Counted from the stretch's first letter, positions 9,503 to 19,432 are shown. The stretch: DNA of 64,000 bases from Candidatus Poribacteria bacterium (GCA_003635315.1 PYJD01000007.1:13400-77399), one strand, 5' to 3'. Numbers and translations: made by a program. The notes: generated by a model from the sequence alone, not told the origin.

Positions 9503-10885
9503 ATGGAATATGTTGTAATTTATGAAAGAGGAGACACCAGTTATGGTGCTTATGTTCCTGATCTCCCAGGATGCTTTGCTGTAGGTGATACATTGGAAGA
9601 AGTCCAGACATTAATTGATGAAGCAATCGAATTTCATATTGAAGGATTACAAGAAGACGGTGACGATGTTCCTGAACCCTCTATAAACATCCCTGTTCAG
9701 TATGATATTCCATATCTTGGTAAACACAAAGTCATTGAAAACTATGTATATAATGATGATCCTGCTCTTTTTTCTTGTAAGAACTCTGCCGGACAACTCC
9801 ACCTTGTAGCTGTTGGGAAAAACGATCAACATAAAACATGGCTCCGTGTTGGCATCTCTAATGTACGGTTTAATTATATCCGCTCTGGTGGATTAGAACT
9901 ACGTAGTGTTTTCACCGATGCTGGGTATGGTACTCTACTGCAGGTAAGAGTGCCACACGACGATTCTATAAAACCTTCACTGGAGGTCATCCATCCCAAT
10001 GAAATCCCTGAGGACCTACTCCCGCTTCCAGGTGAACGACTCGGTCTAAAAACCGAAACTCTTCCAGCACTCAGCAATGCACAAGAAATAGCTTCATCCA
10101 GTGCCCGAGAACTTGTGAATTTTGCCTTCAATTTTGGTGGAATTTTCAGAACAGAAGCACCGGTCGACTTTTTAGGTAATATTCTAACCGGATTACAACA
10201 AGTTATTAACAGAATCGGTGCGAAGTGTGTTAATTCAACATCTAAAAAGATACCTGAAGACATCAAAAGCAGTATGGGGATCTCACTATTAGAAGTTGGT
10301 GCAGGTTCATTTGAGATTCAACTTGCATCGACAGAGTATGTTGGTATATTGAAAGAGTCTGAACTTGGAAATTCAATAAATGAATTTGTCAAAATCCTGA
10401 ATTCTGGTTCTAACGAAGACGAACTAAAATCACTCATGGATCAATTTGGACCAAGAGTTGCAAAGGGGTACACTAATTTCCTCAAACCACTGAGTGAATC
10501 CGTTATAGACACCAAATTCACTTGGACATCTCCACATCCCGACCGTGGTGGAACAGCAAAACTTACGCAATCCCAAATAATAAATGCGATTGATATTCTT
10601 GAGAAAATTCAAGAAGAAACATCTGAAAAAATCACCATACGCGGCACTTTAGTAGGTATCTCTGTCAGAGATAAAACATTTCAGTTAGAAACGTCTGATG
10701 ATAACTATTATGAAAGAGATTTCTTTAAAGGAAAGATCACGGATGAAGCTTTTGAGACTGAAATCGTTAAGAATGCTACAGTAAACAAGCAATATACTGC
10801 AGAAATACAAGGATTCGCTCAAATTGGCGAGACCAAAGATGAAACCAATATTAAATTCAGACTACTTAGTCTCAATAAAAAGTAA
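9503..10885 (+). CDS. hicB: HicB antitoxin domain fused to a DUF6575-like domain and an uncharacterised C-terminal region
   Basis: Residues 1-60 are canonical HicB (YGAYVPDLPGCFAVGDTLEEV...EAIEFHIEGL...VPEP). The frame then continues about 390 aa without a stop. The segment LGKHKVIENYVYNDDPALFSCKN...WL..IS..R resembles DUF6575. Start is 9488 (TAATG overlap) or 9503 (GAGGGA RBS). Confidence 0.75.
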   Translation: MEYVVIYERGDTSYGAYVPDLPGCFAVGDTLEEVQTLIDEAIEFHIEGLQEDGDDVPEPSINIPVQYDIPYLGKHKVIENYVYNDDPALFSCKNSAGQLHLVAVGKNDQHKTWLRVGISNVRFNYIRSGGLELRSVFTDAGYGTLLQVRVPHDDSIKPSLEVIHPNEIPEDLLPLPGERLGLKTETLPALSNAQEIASSSARELVNFAFNFGGIFRTEAPVDFLGNILTGLQQVINRIGAKCVNSTSKKIPEDIKSSMGISLLEVGAGSFEIQLASTEYVGILKESELGNSINEFVKILNSGSNEDELKSLMDQFGPRVAKGYTNFLKPLSESVIDTKFTWTSPHPDRGGTAKLTQSQIINAIDILEKIQEETSEKITIRGTLVGISVRDKTFQLETSDDNYYERDFFKGKITDEAFETEIVKNATVNKQYTAEIQGFAQIGETKDETNIKFRLLSLNKK

Positions 10886-10909
10886 TCCGACTGCACCTTA
10901 GATATAGAT

Positions 10910-13783
10910 ATGTCTGAACGTTCCGTAGTCCAAGACCCACTCTTCCAATACGCCAACGAAATCGGCTGGACACAAGTCACCCGCACAGAAGCCATGCAGA
11001 TGCGGGGAGGAAATACTTCCGCACTTTATTTTCAAGAGACATTAAAATCACAACTCATAAAACTAAACAAAGGAATCATAGACGACTCCAATTGTGCCGA
11101 CGTAATACGCATACTCAACTTGCTGAAACCCACACTTGAAGGCAATCAGGATGCACTTGCTTGGATACACGGAGAAAAATCAACCTTTGTTGCAAGTGAG
11201 AACCGAGAACGTAACGTTACCCTGATAGATTTTGAAAACCCCGACAACAACCAGTTCCATGTCACCGATGAATGGGAACAGCAAGGCACAGTCCACCGCA
11301 ACCGCGCCGATGTAGTTTTTCTAATAAATGGCATCCCTATAGCAATCGTAGAAGCGAAATCTGTACATAAACGTGACGGATTAGCACTCGGTGTTGAGCA
11401 GATACATCGTTATCACAACGAAACACCAGAACTGTTCACAACAGCACAACTCTTTGCTGTCACACAACTCACGGATCTATTCTATAGCGTAACGTGGAAC
11501 ACCAGCAGAAAAAATCTGTTCAACTGGAAAACTGACGAACCGACCGACTATGAACAGAAGATAAAGACATTTTTCGACCGCGACCGGTTGCTCCAGACAC
11601 TGCAGCAATCCATCGTATTCCAAAGTAGAGATGACCAACTCACCAAAGTTGTGTTGCGTCAACATCAGAACCGTGCCGTGGAAAAGGTAATCGAACGGGT
11701 GAACGATCCTGACAAACGACGTGGTCTTGTTTGGCACACACAAGGCAGTGGTAAAACCCTTACAATGATAACGATTGCAGCACAACTCCTGCGTGGCGGA
11801 ACACAGACAGAAAAACCGACCGTGCTCATGCTTGTTGATCGCAATGAATTAGAAAGCCAACTCTTTAAGAACATCACCGGATACGGCATCACATCGCCGA
11901 GAGTTGCACAGAGTAAAGATGATCTGGAAGATATTCTATCCAAAGATTATCGCGGTTTGGTCGTGTCAATGATACATAAGTTCGACAAGAGACCCGCGAA
12001 CCTTAACACCCGTGAGAGTGTGGTTGTGTTGGTAGACGAAGCACACCGAACAACCGGCGGGGATTTCGGTAATTACCTGATGGGTGCTCTTCCAAATGCG
12101 ACTTATATCGGATTCACCGGTACACCCATTGATAGTCTGAGCAAAGGTGAAGGCACTTTCAAAGTATTCGGCAGTGATGACGCACAGGGGTATCTCGACA
12201 AATACGCAATCACAGAATCTATTGAAGACGGCACAACTGTTAAATTGAATTACATGCTTGCCGCCTCCGATTTACGGGTAGATAGAGATGTATTAGAAAG
12301 CGAATTCCTAAACCTCGCAGAAGCAGCAGGCGTTAGCGATCCTGATGAACTAAATGCAATCCTTGACCGTTCTGTTCGGCTAAAGGAGATATTAAAAGCA
12401 CCTGCACGTATAGAACGAATAGCCGAGTGTGTTGCGGAACACTTTCAAAATACTGTAGAACCGATGGGATTCAAAGCCTTTTTAGTTGCTGTTGACCGCG
12501 AAGCATGCGCGTTGTATAAAAAAGCACTTGATAAATACTTACCCGCTGAATACTCGGAAGTCGTCTATTCAGATGACAACCGAGATTCTGAGTTAATGAA
12601 ATCGTTTCACCGCACATCGGAGCAGGAAAGGGAGGTCCGTAAGCGATTTGTCGATAAGGGTGCACAACCGAAAATACTGATTGTAACACAGAAACTACTC
12701 ACAGGATTTGATGCACCGATTCTTTATTGCATGTATCTTGATAAACCGATGCGCGACCACGTGTTGTTGCAATCTATTGCGCGTGTCAACCGTCCCTATG
12801 AGGATGCGGACGGACTGGTAAAACCTGCCGGATTTATATTGGATTTTGTCGGTATCTTTGAAAACATGCAGAAGGCACTCGCTTTCGATTCTGATGAGGT
12901 GGAGAGCGTTATTCGGAATATTGATCTGCTCAAGGAAACATTCACGAGGATGATGTGCGAAGATGCTCAACAGTATTTGCCGTTAGCAACGGGTTCGGAC
13001 GATAAAGCCAAGGAACAAGCAATTGTACATTTTGAGGATAAGGATGTTCGGGAAACATTTTTCACGTTCTTCAAAACATTGCAAAATCTCTATAACATCT
13101 TGTCCCCCGATGCTTTCTTACAGCCGTTTATAGCGGATTATCAGGCACTCACATCTCTTTTTGGACTCATCCGCAACGCATTTTCTACACAACTTTATGT
13201 CCACAGGGAGTTGACAAATAAGACACGAAAACTCTTGCAAGATGAAACTGAAGGTGAACTATTTGCATTACCAAACGAGGTATATGAATTGAATGAAACC
13301 ACCTTGCAGAGATTAGATCAGAGCGATATGTCTGACACATTAAAAGTCTTGAACTTGGCAAAAGCAGTACGTCAAAAGGTTACCGAGGAGGGTGAGTCAA
13401 AACCTTTTTTGATTTCTATTGGTGAACGTGCAGAAGCAGCTATAGAAATATACGACAGTCGTCAATCAGAAACAAAAGACGTACTCACCAAACTACTTAA
13501 TGAGGCAGCAACAATTTCACGCGCTGAAAGAGAACAACCCCGAATGGGATTAGATGACAATTCTTATGCAGTCTATACTGTTATGAGTAATGCTATGGAG
13601 ACTGTTACACCGGAACAGGCGCGGTCCGTTAATCAAGTATTTGAACAGTTTCCCGATTATCAATGGGATCAACATCAAGAAAGTGAGTTAAGAACGACAC
13701 TCTATAAGACATTGGAACCATCAGTTGACTTTCGCACCAAAATAGAAATAACGAACAAATTGTTGGATTTACAGCGTCTATGA
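10910..13783 (+). CDS. hsdR: Type I restriction enzyme R subunit
   Basis: Nuclease motif RADVVFLINGIPIAIVEAK, Walker A WHTQGSGKT, DEAH box, and helicase motifs GFTGTP, LLTGFDAP and QSIARVNR. Confidence 0.95.
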   Translation: MSERSVVQDPLFQYANEIGWTQVTRTEAMQMRGGNTSALYFQETLKSQLIKLNKGIIDDSNCADVIRILNLLKPTLEGNQDALAWIHGEKSTFVASENRERNVTLIDFENPDNNQFHVTDEWEQQGTVHRNRADVVFLINGIPIAIVEAKSVHKRDGLALGVEQIHRYHNETPELFTTAQLFAVTQLTDLFYSVTWNTSRKNLFNWKTDEPTDYEQKIKTFFDRDRLLQTLQQSIVFQSRDDQLTKVVLRQHQNRAVEKVIERVNDPDKRRGLVWHTQGSGKTLTMITIAAQLLRGGTQTEKPTVLMLVDRNELESQLFKNITGYGITSPRVAQSKDDLEDILSKDYRGLVVSMIHKFDKRPANLNTRESVVVLVDEAHRTTGGDFGNYLMGALPNATYIGFTGTPIDSLSKGEGTFKVFGSDDAQGYLDKYAITESIEDGTTVKLNYMLAASDLRVDRDVLESEFLNLAEAAGVSDPDELNAILDRSVRLKEILKAPARIERIAECVAEHFQNTVEPMGFKAFLVAVDREACALYKKALDKYLPAEYSEVVYSDDNRDSELMKSFHRTSEQEREVRKRFVDKGAQPKILIVTQKLLTGFDAPILYCMYLDKPMRDHVLLQSIARVNRPYEDADGLVKPAGFILDFVGIFENMQKALAFDSDEVESVIRNIDLLKETFTRMMCEDAQQYLPLATGSDDKAKEQAIVHFEDKDVRETFFTFFKTLQNLYNILSPDAFLQPFIADYQALTSLFGLIRNAFSTQLYVHRELTNKTRKLLQDETEGELFALPNEVYELNETTLQRLDQSDMSDTLKVLNLAKAVRQKVTEEGESKPFLISIGERAEAAIEIYDSRQSETKDVLTKLLNEAATISRAEREQPRMGLDDNSYAVYTVMSNAMETVTPEQARSVNQVFEQFPDYQWDQHQESELRTTLYKTLEPSVDFRTKIEITNKLLDLQRL

Positions 13784-14148
13784 AAACCGAGGACGTATTA
13801 AACAATACTACAGATTTGAAAAGTGAAGTGTGGCGGTGGGCAGACTGCCTCGGTGTTAAGGTGCACGAAGTTCACGTACGTCAGATGCGACGGAAATGGG
13901 CGTCTATATCAACCAATGGTAGATTGACACTCAACACAGAATTACTCAATCTGCCCGCGCAATTAGCGGAATTTGTCATTGTGCATGAATTGGTGCATCT
14001 ACTTGTACCGAATCATGGGAAATTATTCAAAGGATACATGTCAGCATATCTCCCAGATTGGCAGGAACGACAGAAGTGCTTGAACGAAGAAGGAATAACT
14101 GGTTTAGGTAAGAGTTTAGAAGCGTGTAAGACCTTATCGTGTGAATAG
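13780..14148 (+). CDS. Short M48-like (YgjP/DUF45) zinc metallopeptidase family protein associated with type I RM
   Basis: RQMRRKWAS...VIVHELVHL..PNH motif; overlaps the hsdR stop (ATGA). Confidence 0.85.
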   Translation: MKTEDVLNNTTDLKSEVWRWADCLGVKVHEVHVRQMRRKWASISTNGRLTLNTELLNLPAQLAEFVIVHELVHLLVPNHGKLFKGYMSAYLPDWQERQKCLNEEGITGLGKSLEACKTLSCE

Positions 14149-14234
14149 GGTGTTGTATGTGAGTGTGTCCTATCCGTGAAATCCACTATTCAAACAAGAA
14201 AGCATAAAATACTTCTTGTCAATGAATACAGATC

Positions 14235-15209
14235 TTATCCAAGAGAATTCTCAAGCTCCTTAATCATCTTTGGAACTTGTAGCATCATATTATATTGCTT
14301 CTTAAGTGAATTCTGATGGGATGAAACCCAAGAAAGGGCATTCGCTACATCATAGATGTTCTCTGCAGGTTGTGCCCCAGGAACAATACCTTCCAAAGAA
14401 ATTCTAATCATATAACTATCTTTATTCTCTTCGGTATTCTTATCTTTAAATCTTGTAATCTTGGCATCTTGCCCTGTTTCTAAAATACTATATACTCTTT
14501 CAGCATTCCTGCGTCCCCATCTATCAGATACTATAGTATCAATCCAGTTCTGTAGTATTTCTACATCTGTATCAGCATTTAGTTTTTTCTGATTCCATTT
14601 TGTATATACTTCTTTTTCTCGTTGAATTTTTGAGAGGTTTTCACTTAGATATTCAACAAATAATCCTGGATTTAAAGACTTGGTATGGCGTTTACTAAAT
14701 CTACTCTCTGTCTCTAAACACATAAGTCCGTTCATACAAATCAGTCTATACCATGATAACTCAAAAGCTAATGGGGCTGTTCCATCTACGGAGTTCCTAA
14801 CATGCAACTGAGGTATGAGTACATGACCATCGCCGGGATCAAATTTAAATCCCTTTGAGATTTGTATTTTCAACCACATACACTCACCGTATTCAGTTAG
14901 ATACAGGTTGCACTCGGTTTCATCTATGTTATAACCCAGCTTTTCAAATGCTATATGAATAATCTGAAGTATCTCGGAATGTTGAATTAGAGAATATGAC
15001 TTAGATACTGTTGCGACAGGTGTGCCACCGTCTGAAGTATTTACGACTACATCAAAGTGTTTATTCTCTGCACCATCTACATTGAAAGGTCGTTTCGTAA
15101 AAACAGATATATACTCTGCAATGTCTACAAGATTACCTTTATGCTCATTAACTAATCTACTGTCCCATTTGAAATTATTTAGATGGTATGTATTATCTAA
15201 AGTATTCAT
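14235..15209 (-). CDS. DUF932 domain-containing protein
   Basis: VATVSKSYSLIQHSEI, RNSVDGT and YRLICMNG motifs typical of the DUF932 family. Confidence 0.75.
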   Translation of the reverse strand: MNTLDNTYHLNNFKWDSRLVNEHKGNLVDIAEYISVFTKRPFNVDGAENKHFDVVVNTSDGGTPVATVSKSYSLIQHSEILQIIHIAFEKLGYNIDETECNLYLTEYGECMWLKIQISKGFKFDPGDGHVLIPQLHVRNSVDGTAPLAFELSWYRLICMNGLMCLETESRFSKRHTKSLNPGLFVEYLSENLSKIQREKEVYTKWNQKKLNADTDVEILQNWIDTIVSDRWGRRNAERVYSILETGQDAKITRFKDKNTEENKDSYMIRISLEGIVPGAQPAENIYDVANALSWVSSHQNSLKKQYNMMLQVPKMIKELENSLG

Positions 15210-15327
15210 GGTAATTTTCCTGTTCTAATTTATTTGCTTCTCTGACTTCTTCAATAATATCGTACATGATTCAATCTCCAGTAGTTTTATAGCATTCACA
15301 CAACCTATACCTAACCGTGTAATCCGA

Positions 15328-15360
15328 CGAATTCCATAAGCGGATTCGGCGTTGATTTGG
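15328..15360. repeat. Dispersed 33-nt repeat, copy 1 (copy 2 at 20912-20944)
   Basis: CGAATTCCATAAGCGGATTCGGCGTTGATTTGG versus CGAATTCCACACGCGGATTCGGTGTTGATTTGG, 3 mismatches; both fold as hairpins. Confidence 0.75.
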
Positions 15361-15465
15361 CGATTCAGAAATATAATCTCTGCTACAGATTCACCATATG
15401 TTCAAATAGCAAAAAAATAAATTGAAGAAATATGAAAAAACAAACATCACATATATGAAAAGACC

Positions 15466-15494
15466 TTGACATAAGAATAAACATACGTTACAAT
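15466..15494 (+). promoter_or_regulatory. Near-consensus sigma70 promoter with no convincing adjacent CDS
   Basis: TTGACA, 17 nt, TACAAT. Confidence 0.5.
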
Positions 15495-16084
15495 AACATA
15501 TAGAGAATAAGCTTGATACTCATGCTAATACCGAACTAAGTAAATCAATATGATTAAAGAAAGTATATACACATTTATACAAATTTCAATATTTTCTTAC
15601 ATTTTAATGGAGAATACGGTGTTAAGGAATCCATCAAAAACATTTTTTAATTTTTTAGCACAAATTCGTAAATTGCCTTTAAACATAGGTGGCTACTCAC
15701 CTGACAGCGACTATACTAAAATTGGGGTGACAGAAAAAAGTTACGATTTCGTAACTTTTTCACATAAAACAGGAGACTATTTTATCACTATCCAATACAT
15801 TCAAAATCATCAAAAAATAAAAAGCACCAAAACATGCAAAAGTCTATATTGGATAAACATCAGAAAAGGAAAGGAAGACCCAAAATAACACAAACTCGAG
15901 AATTTTATAATTCTAAAAAAAAACACCGATAAACACAGACTGTGACAGGGCGAACAGCCGTTTTTCTAATGACACACAATGTGTCAAAAAGTGTAACATT
16001 TTAATCGTTATGGTAATTTATATATTACTATTGTTAATAGATATTAAGACATAAATTTACAGAAAATTACCTTATATGTGTGAC

Positions 16085-16113
16085 TTGACCAAACATAGTT
16101 CATGTGATAACTT
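16085..16113 (+). promoter_or_regulatory. Sigma70-type promoter of the 16148 gene
   Basis: TTGACC, 17 nt, TG-n-TAACTT, followed by the AGAGGGA RBS. Confidence 0.45.
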
Positions 16114-16147
16114 GTTAACATCATAGGTGTAAAGAGGGAAGCAGTTG

Positions 16148-17581
16148 ATGAACCCAGAAATAATAATCGCAAAGATATGCAATGCAGTCGATCTTATGAT
16201 CGAACGTAGCACCCAATACAAAGGGATATTCCCGTCTATTCTTCATCCTGAAACAGGTGAGATGTTGATGGATAAACCACCTAAGATTCCGGGACAACGG
16301 GATGGTGATCGCGCACATCTCGGCTGTAATCTGATTCACGATGAACCCCTACTCCAGACGATGATCGCACTTGCGGAGACCCAGTCCAATCCGGCATACG
16401 CCTATGCAGTTGATCGCTACTTAAACCATTTTGCCAGAAATTGTACAGATACAACCACAGGATTGTTTCCATGGGGAGAACACTCATTTTGGCAGGTTGT
16501 AGAAGAACGGATCGGGTGTTCACGAAACCCTGATGGTGGTACAGCAATACATGACCATCTTCGTCAAGTTCCACACTGGTTATGGATAAAGTTAAATCAA
16601 TATAATCCCGCATGTATTCAAGGTTTTGCCGATGGACTGGATTATCACTGGACAAACGGAGAAGGCTTTGAATATATCCGTCATGCAAATATTGAAATTG
16701 ACGCACAACTGGAACGGGGTGGACGTTCATGTGATTTCCCACGACATTCAGGATTTTATATCTTTGATTTATCGTTTGCCTACACACAAAACCAACGTCC
16801 TGAAACATTACAGCAGATAGAGAATTACCTTGAATATTGGTGGGAGAAACGAGATGAAAAAGGACTCCTCCTCATTGAAAGTCGATCCCCTAAAGAGGAT
16901 GAACGGTTTTACGGAAACAATGCACCTACACAAACACTCTCTTTAGGAATAAGTTTATTGGAATCTGCTGAGTTAATTGAAACATACGTACCAGACTTAG
17001 CAGATAAGATGATGCAATACGGTTCGGTTTATGTTGACGGTTTTTTCAACGCACCCCACAATCTGGAAGAACGGATATTCGTGAGTTTATGCGAAAGCGT
17101 AACGGATCGTGTTGTAGATAATATGTCTGTCTGGGGAAGTGTTTATGGTGCAGGAACTTCATGCAGTACAGGTGTGTTATGTCTCGGGGGATGGCGATTA
17201 ACACAGAATGAGAGATTTATGGAATTTGCACGTGCGATTGGTGAAACCTATCTTGATGAGGACTTTCCCGTTGATCAGGTGCAAACAGAAGAATTCAAGA
17301 TTCCTGCATCAGATATGGGATTAGCACTTGAACTCCTTGCTGATCTATACGACATCACCAATGAATCTAAATGGTTAGAAGGTGCAACGAAGCTATCCCA
17401 AACAGCATTAGATATCTATTTCCCAAAAATCCTCCCTTATGGAGCGTCAGGGATAGACTGGTATGATTCACAAATAGGACCAGCATTCTTGATACACGGT
17501 TTGGCAAGAGTGGCATTGGTAGAAATGTATAAGACGACATCCAACAGTTGTCCTCTACCACCAAATTACACTGCACGGTAA
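16148..17581 (+). CDS. Putative alpha/alpha-barrel carbohydrate-active protein, distantly polysaccharide lyase family 2-like
   Basis: The segment CNLIHDEPLLQTMIALAETQSNPAYAYAVDRYLNHFARNCTDTTTGLFPWGEHSF resembles the PL2 N-terminal region (recalled consensus ...SGLLYWGGH). No signal peptide. Confidence 0.45.
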   Translation: MNPEIIIAKICNAVDLMIERSTQYKGIFPSILHPETGEMLMDKPPKIPGQRDGDRAHLGCNLIHDEPLLQTMIALAETQSNPAYAYAVDRYLNHFARNCTDTTTGLFPWGEHSFWQVVEERIGCSRNPDGGTAIHDHLRQVPHWLWIKLNQYNPACIQGFADGLDYHWTNGEGFEYIRHANIEIDAQLERGGRSCDFPRHSGFYIFDLSFAYTQNQRPETLQQIENYLEYWWEKRDEKGLLLIESRSPKEDERFYGNNAPTQTLSLGISLLESAELIETYVPDLADKMMQYGSVYVDGFFNAPHNLEERIFVSLCESVTDRVVDNMSVWGSVYGAGTSCSTGVLCLGGWRLTQNERFMEFARAIGETYLDEDFPVDQVQTEEFKIPASDMGLALELLADLYDITNESKWLEGATKLSQTALDIYFPKILPYGASGIDWYDSQIGPAFLIHGLARVALVEMYKTTSNSCPLPPNYTAR

Positions 17582-17619
17582 GAAATATTATGACATATAA
17601 ACAACATTCACTCACCCTG

Positions 17620-17643
17620 GTAGGAGCGGTTTGGAACCGCTCC
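17620..17643. repeat. GTAG-type REP-like palindrome
   Basis: GTAGGAGCGGTTTGGAACCGCTCC: GTAG followed by a 9-bp stem with a 3-nt loop, intergenic. Confidence 0.7.
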
Positions 17644-17743
17644 GAATATAATATTTCATGTGAATTTTAGAGAACTATTCATTTAGAAATGGTATTACTT
17701 TTAACTATGGAAATTAAATTTTACAAAAGATGAAAGGTGAATT

Positions 17744-18520
17744 ATGGCAAGAGTACCGATCGGATTAGAGTTATATTCGGTTCGCAATGAGTTATCAGAA
17801 GACGCACGCGGCACAATAAAAGCCGTAGCAGAAATGGGATATGAAGGCGTGGAATTCGCTGGACCACCGCAACATTCAGCAGAAGAATTAAAAGGATATC
17901 TGGATGAATTCGATTTGGTCTGTTGTGGATGGCATACACCCTTTAATATGGTACAAGAAGATGCTCTTGAGGATACCATAGAATTCAACAAAATTCTGGA
18001 AAACCAGTATATAATAATCCCTGGTATTCCCGAAGAACTTCGACAATCTCGTGCGGATTGGTTGAAGTTAGCGAATTTCTTTAATAGCCTCGCAGATAAA
18101 CTGGCTCCACACGGTATGGTAACGGGTTACCATAACCACCATATAGAATTCACGCCGTTGGATGGAGAAATGCCGTGGGATACGTTCTTTGGAAATACAA
18201 ACGAAGGTGTTGTCATGCAGCTGGACATGGGGAATGCAATGTCTGGTGGTGCGGATCTTGTCGAAATACTCAAAAAGTATCCCGGTCGGGGTGGAACTGT
18301 TCACCTAAAGCCTTATACTATCTCCGATAATGAAGATGATGGACATAATGCATTCCGTCCTATAATTGGGGAAGATAGTGTGCCGTGGTCAGAGATATTT
18401 CATATATGTGAAACGACTGGTGGCACTAAGTGGTATATTGTTGAATATGAAAGCGATGCCTACCCACCATTGGAAGCGGTTGAACGGTGTTTAAAAGCAC
18501 TAAAGGAAATGGGAAAATAG
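17744..18520 (+). CDS. Sugar phosphate isomerase/epimerase (IolE/AP-endonuclease-2 TIM barrel)
   Basis: GLELYSVR...GYEGVEFAG, GYHNH, QLDMG, VHLK and YIVEYE motifs. Confidence 0.9.
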   Translation: MARVPIGLELYSVRNELSEDARGTIKAVAEMGYEGVEFAGPPQHSAEELKGYLDEFDLVCCGWHTPFNMVQEDALEDTIEFNKILENQYIIIPGIPEELRQSRADWLKLANFFNSLADKLAPHGMVTGYHNHHIEFTPLDGEMPWDTFFGNTNEGVVMQLDMGNAMSGGADLVEILKKYPGRGGTVHLKPYTISDNEDDGHNAFRPIIGEDSVPWSEIFHICETTGGTKWYIVEYESDAYPPLEAVERCLKALKEMGK

Positions 18521-18549
18521 CAATCATCTGCAAAAACACCCATACCATC

Positions 18550-18580
18550 GCTGGCGAGGATACAATCTTCGCCAGCCTTT
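18550..18580 (+). terminator. Hairpin after the 17744 gene (terminator or REP-like)
   Basis: GCTGGCGAGGA-TACAA-TCTTCGCCAGC, an 11-bp stem, followed by CTTT. Confidence 0.55.
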
Positions 18581-18673
18581 AATTGTAAATAATGCTGCCC
18601 TTTACTATAAGTTTATTTTTGAACCCCGTAGGGGTGATATGTCTGTAGAAGAAGGCATCCCAGGAGTCATAAA

Positions 18674-19432
18674 ATGAGAACATATTGTGCAAGCACACTT
18701 CCATTTTCTCCCTATCCATTATCTGAATTTGTCGGTGAGTTATCAAAGGGTGGTATCACTGCCATAGAACTCGCGCAAACACATTATTCAGACTTAGAAG
18801 CGGATAAGCTCACCAAACTTCATGAGAATACAGGAGCAAAATTTAAGTCATTACTCAGCACGGTATCTGTCGATGCACCTGATGGTCTTGAATCCTTGGT
18901 CTCTATCCTTGACACCGCCAAAAAACTTGCTATTCCAATAGTTAGTATTGCCAGTGGTGGTAAAGAAGATGCTACCGTTGGTGAGATAGAGAAAATTATT
19001 GATCTACTCAAAACAGTTACAACAGAGGCAGAGAAACGAAACCTAACCCTTGCCCTATATGCACATGAGGGAAGTTTGGCTTACAACCTTGAACGTACAA
19101 AGCAACTTCTTGATGCCATACCATCAGATCACTTTACTTTTTACTATAGTCCATTTCACTTTCACCGTGCTGGAGACGATCCTGTCGTAGCTTTACAGAC
19201 ATTATCCGAAAGACTTTCAAGTGTTTATTTTAACTGTGGTGTGGATTCTAATACCGGCAGTGAACCGTTCTGGGGTCCAGAAATGAATTTTCCAGCAATA
19301 TGTAAGGAAATAGATCGGGTCGGTTACAATGATGAGATAATGTTGATTTATCTCGGACTGAATGTGGATACACCTCAACCAATAATTGAAGGTGTCTTAA
19401 ACGCTCGGAAAAAGTTAGATTCCTACTTTTAA
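18674..19432 (+). CDS. Sugar phosphate isomerase/epimerase family TIM-barrel protein
   Basis: ITAIEL...LTLALYAHEG...EIMLIY pattern of xylose-isomerase-like TIM barrels; more divergent than 17744. Confidence 0.7.
   Translation: MRTYCASTLPFSPYPLSEFVGELSKGGITAIELAQTHYSDLEADKLTKLHENTGAKFKSLLSTVSVDAPDGLESLVSILDTAKKLAIPIVSIASGGKEDATVGEIEKIIDLLKTVTTEAEKRNLTLALYAHEGSLAYNLERTKQLLDAIPSDHFTFYYSPFHFHRAGDDPVVALQTLSERLSSVYFNCGVDSNTGSEPFWGPEMNFPAICKEIDRVGYNDEIMLIYLGLNVDTPQPIIEGVLNARKKLDSYF

Noticed and set aside
15550-15888. 112-aa ORF downstream of a consensus promoter
   Set aside because: Very AT-rich, no RBS, no motif, and it contains a perfect palindrome; it looks like intergenic DNA.
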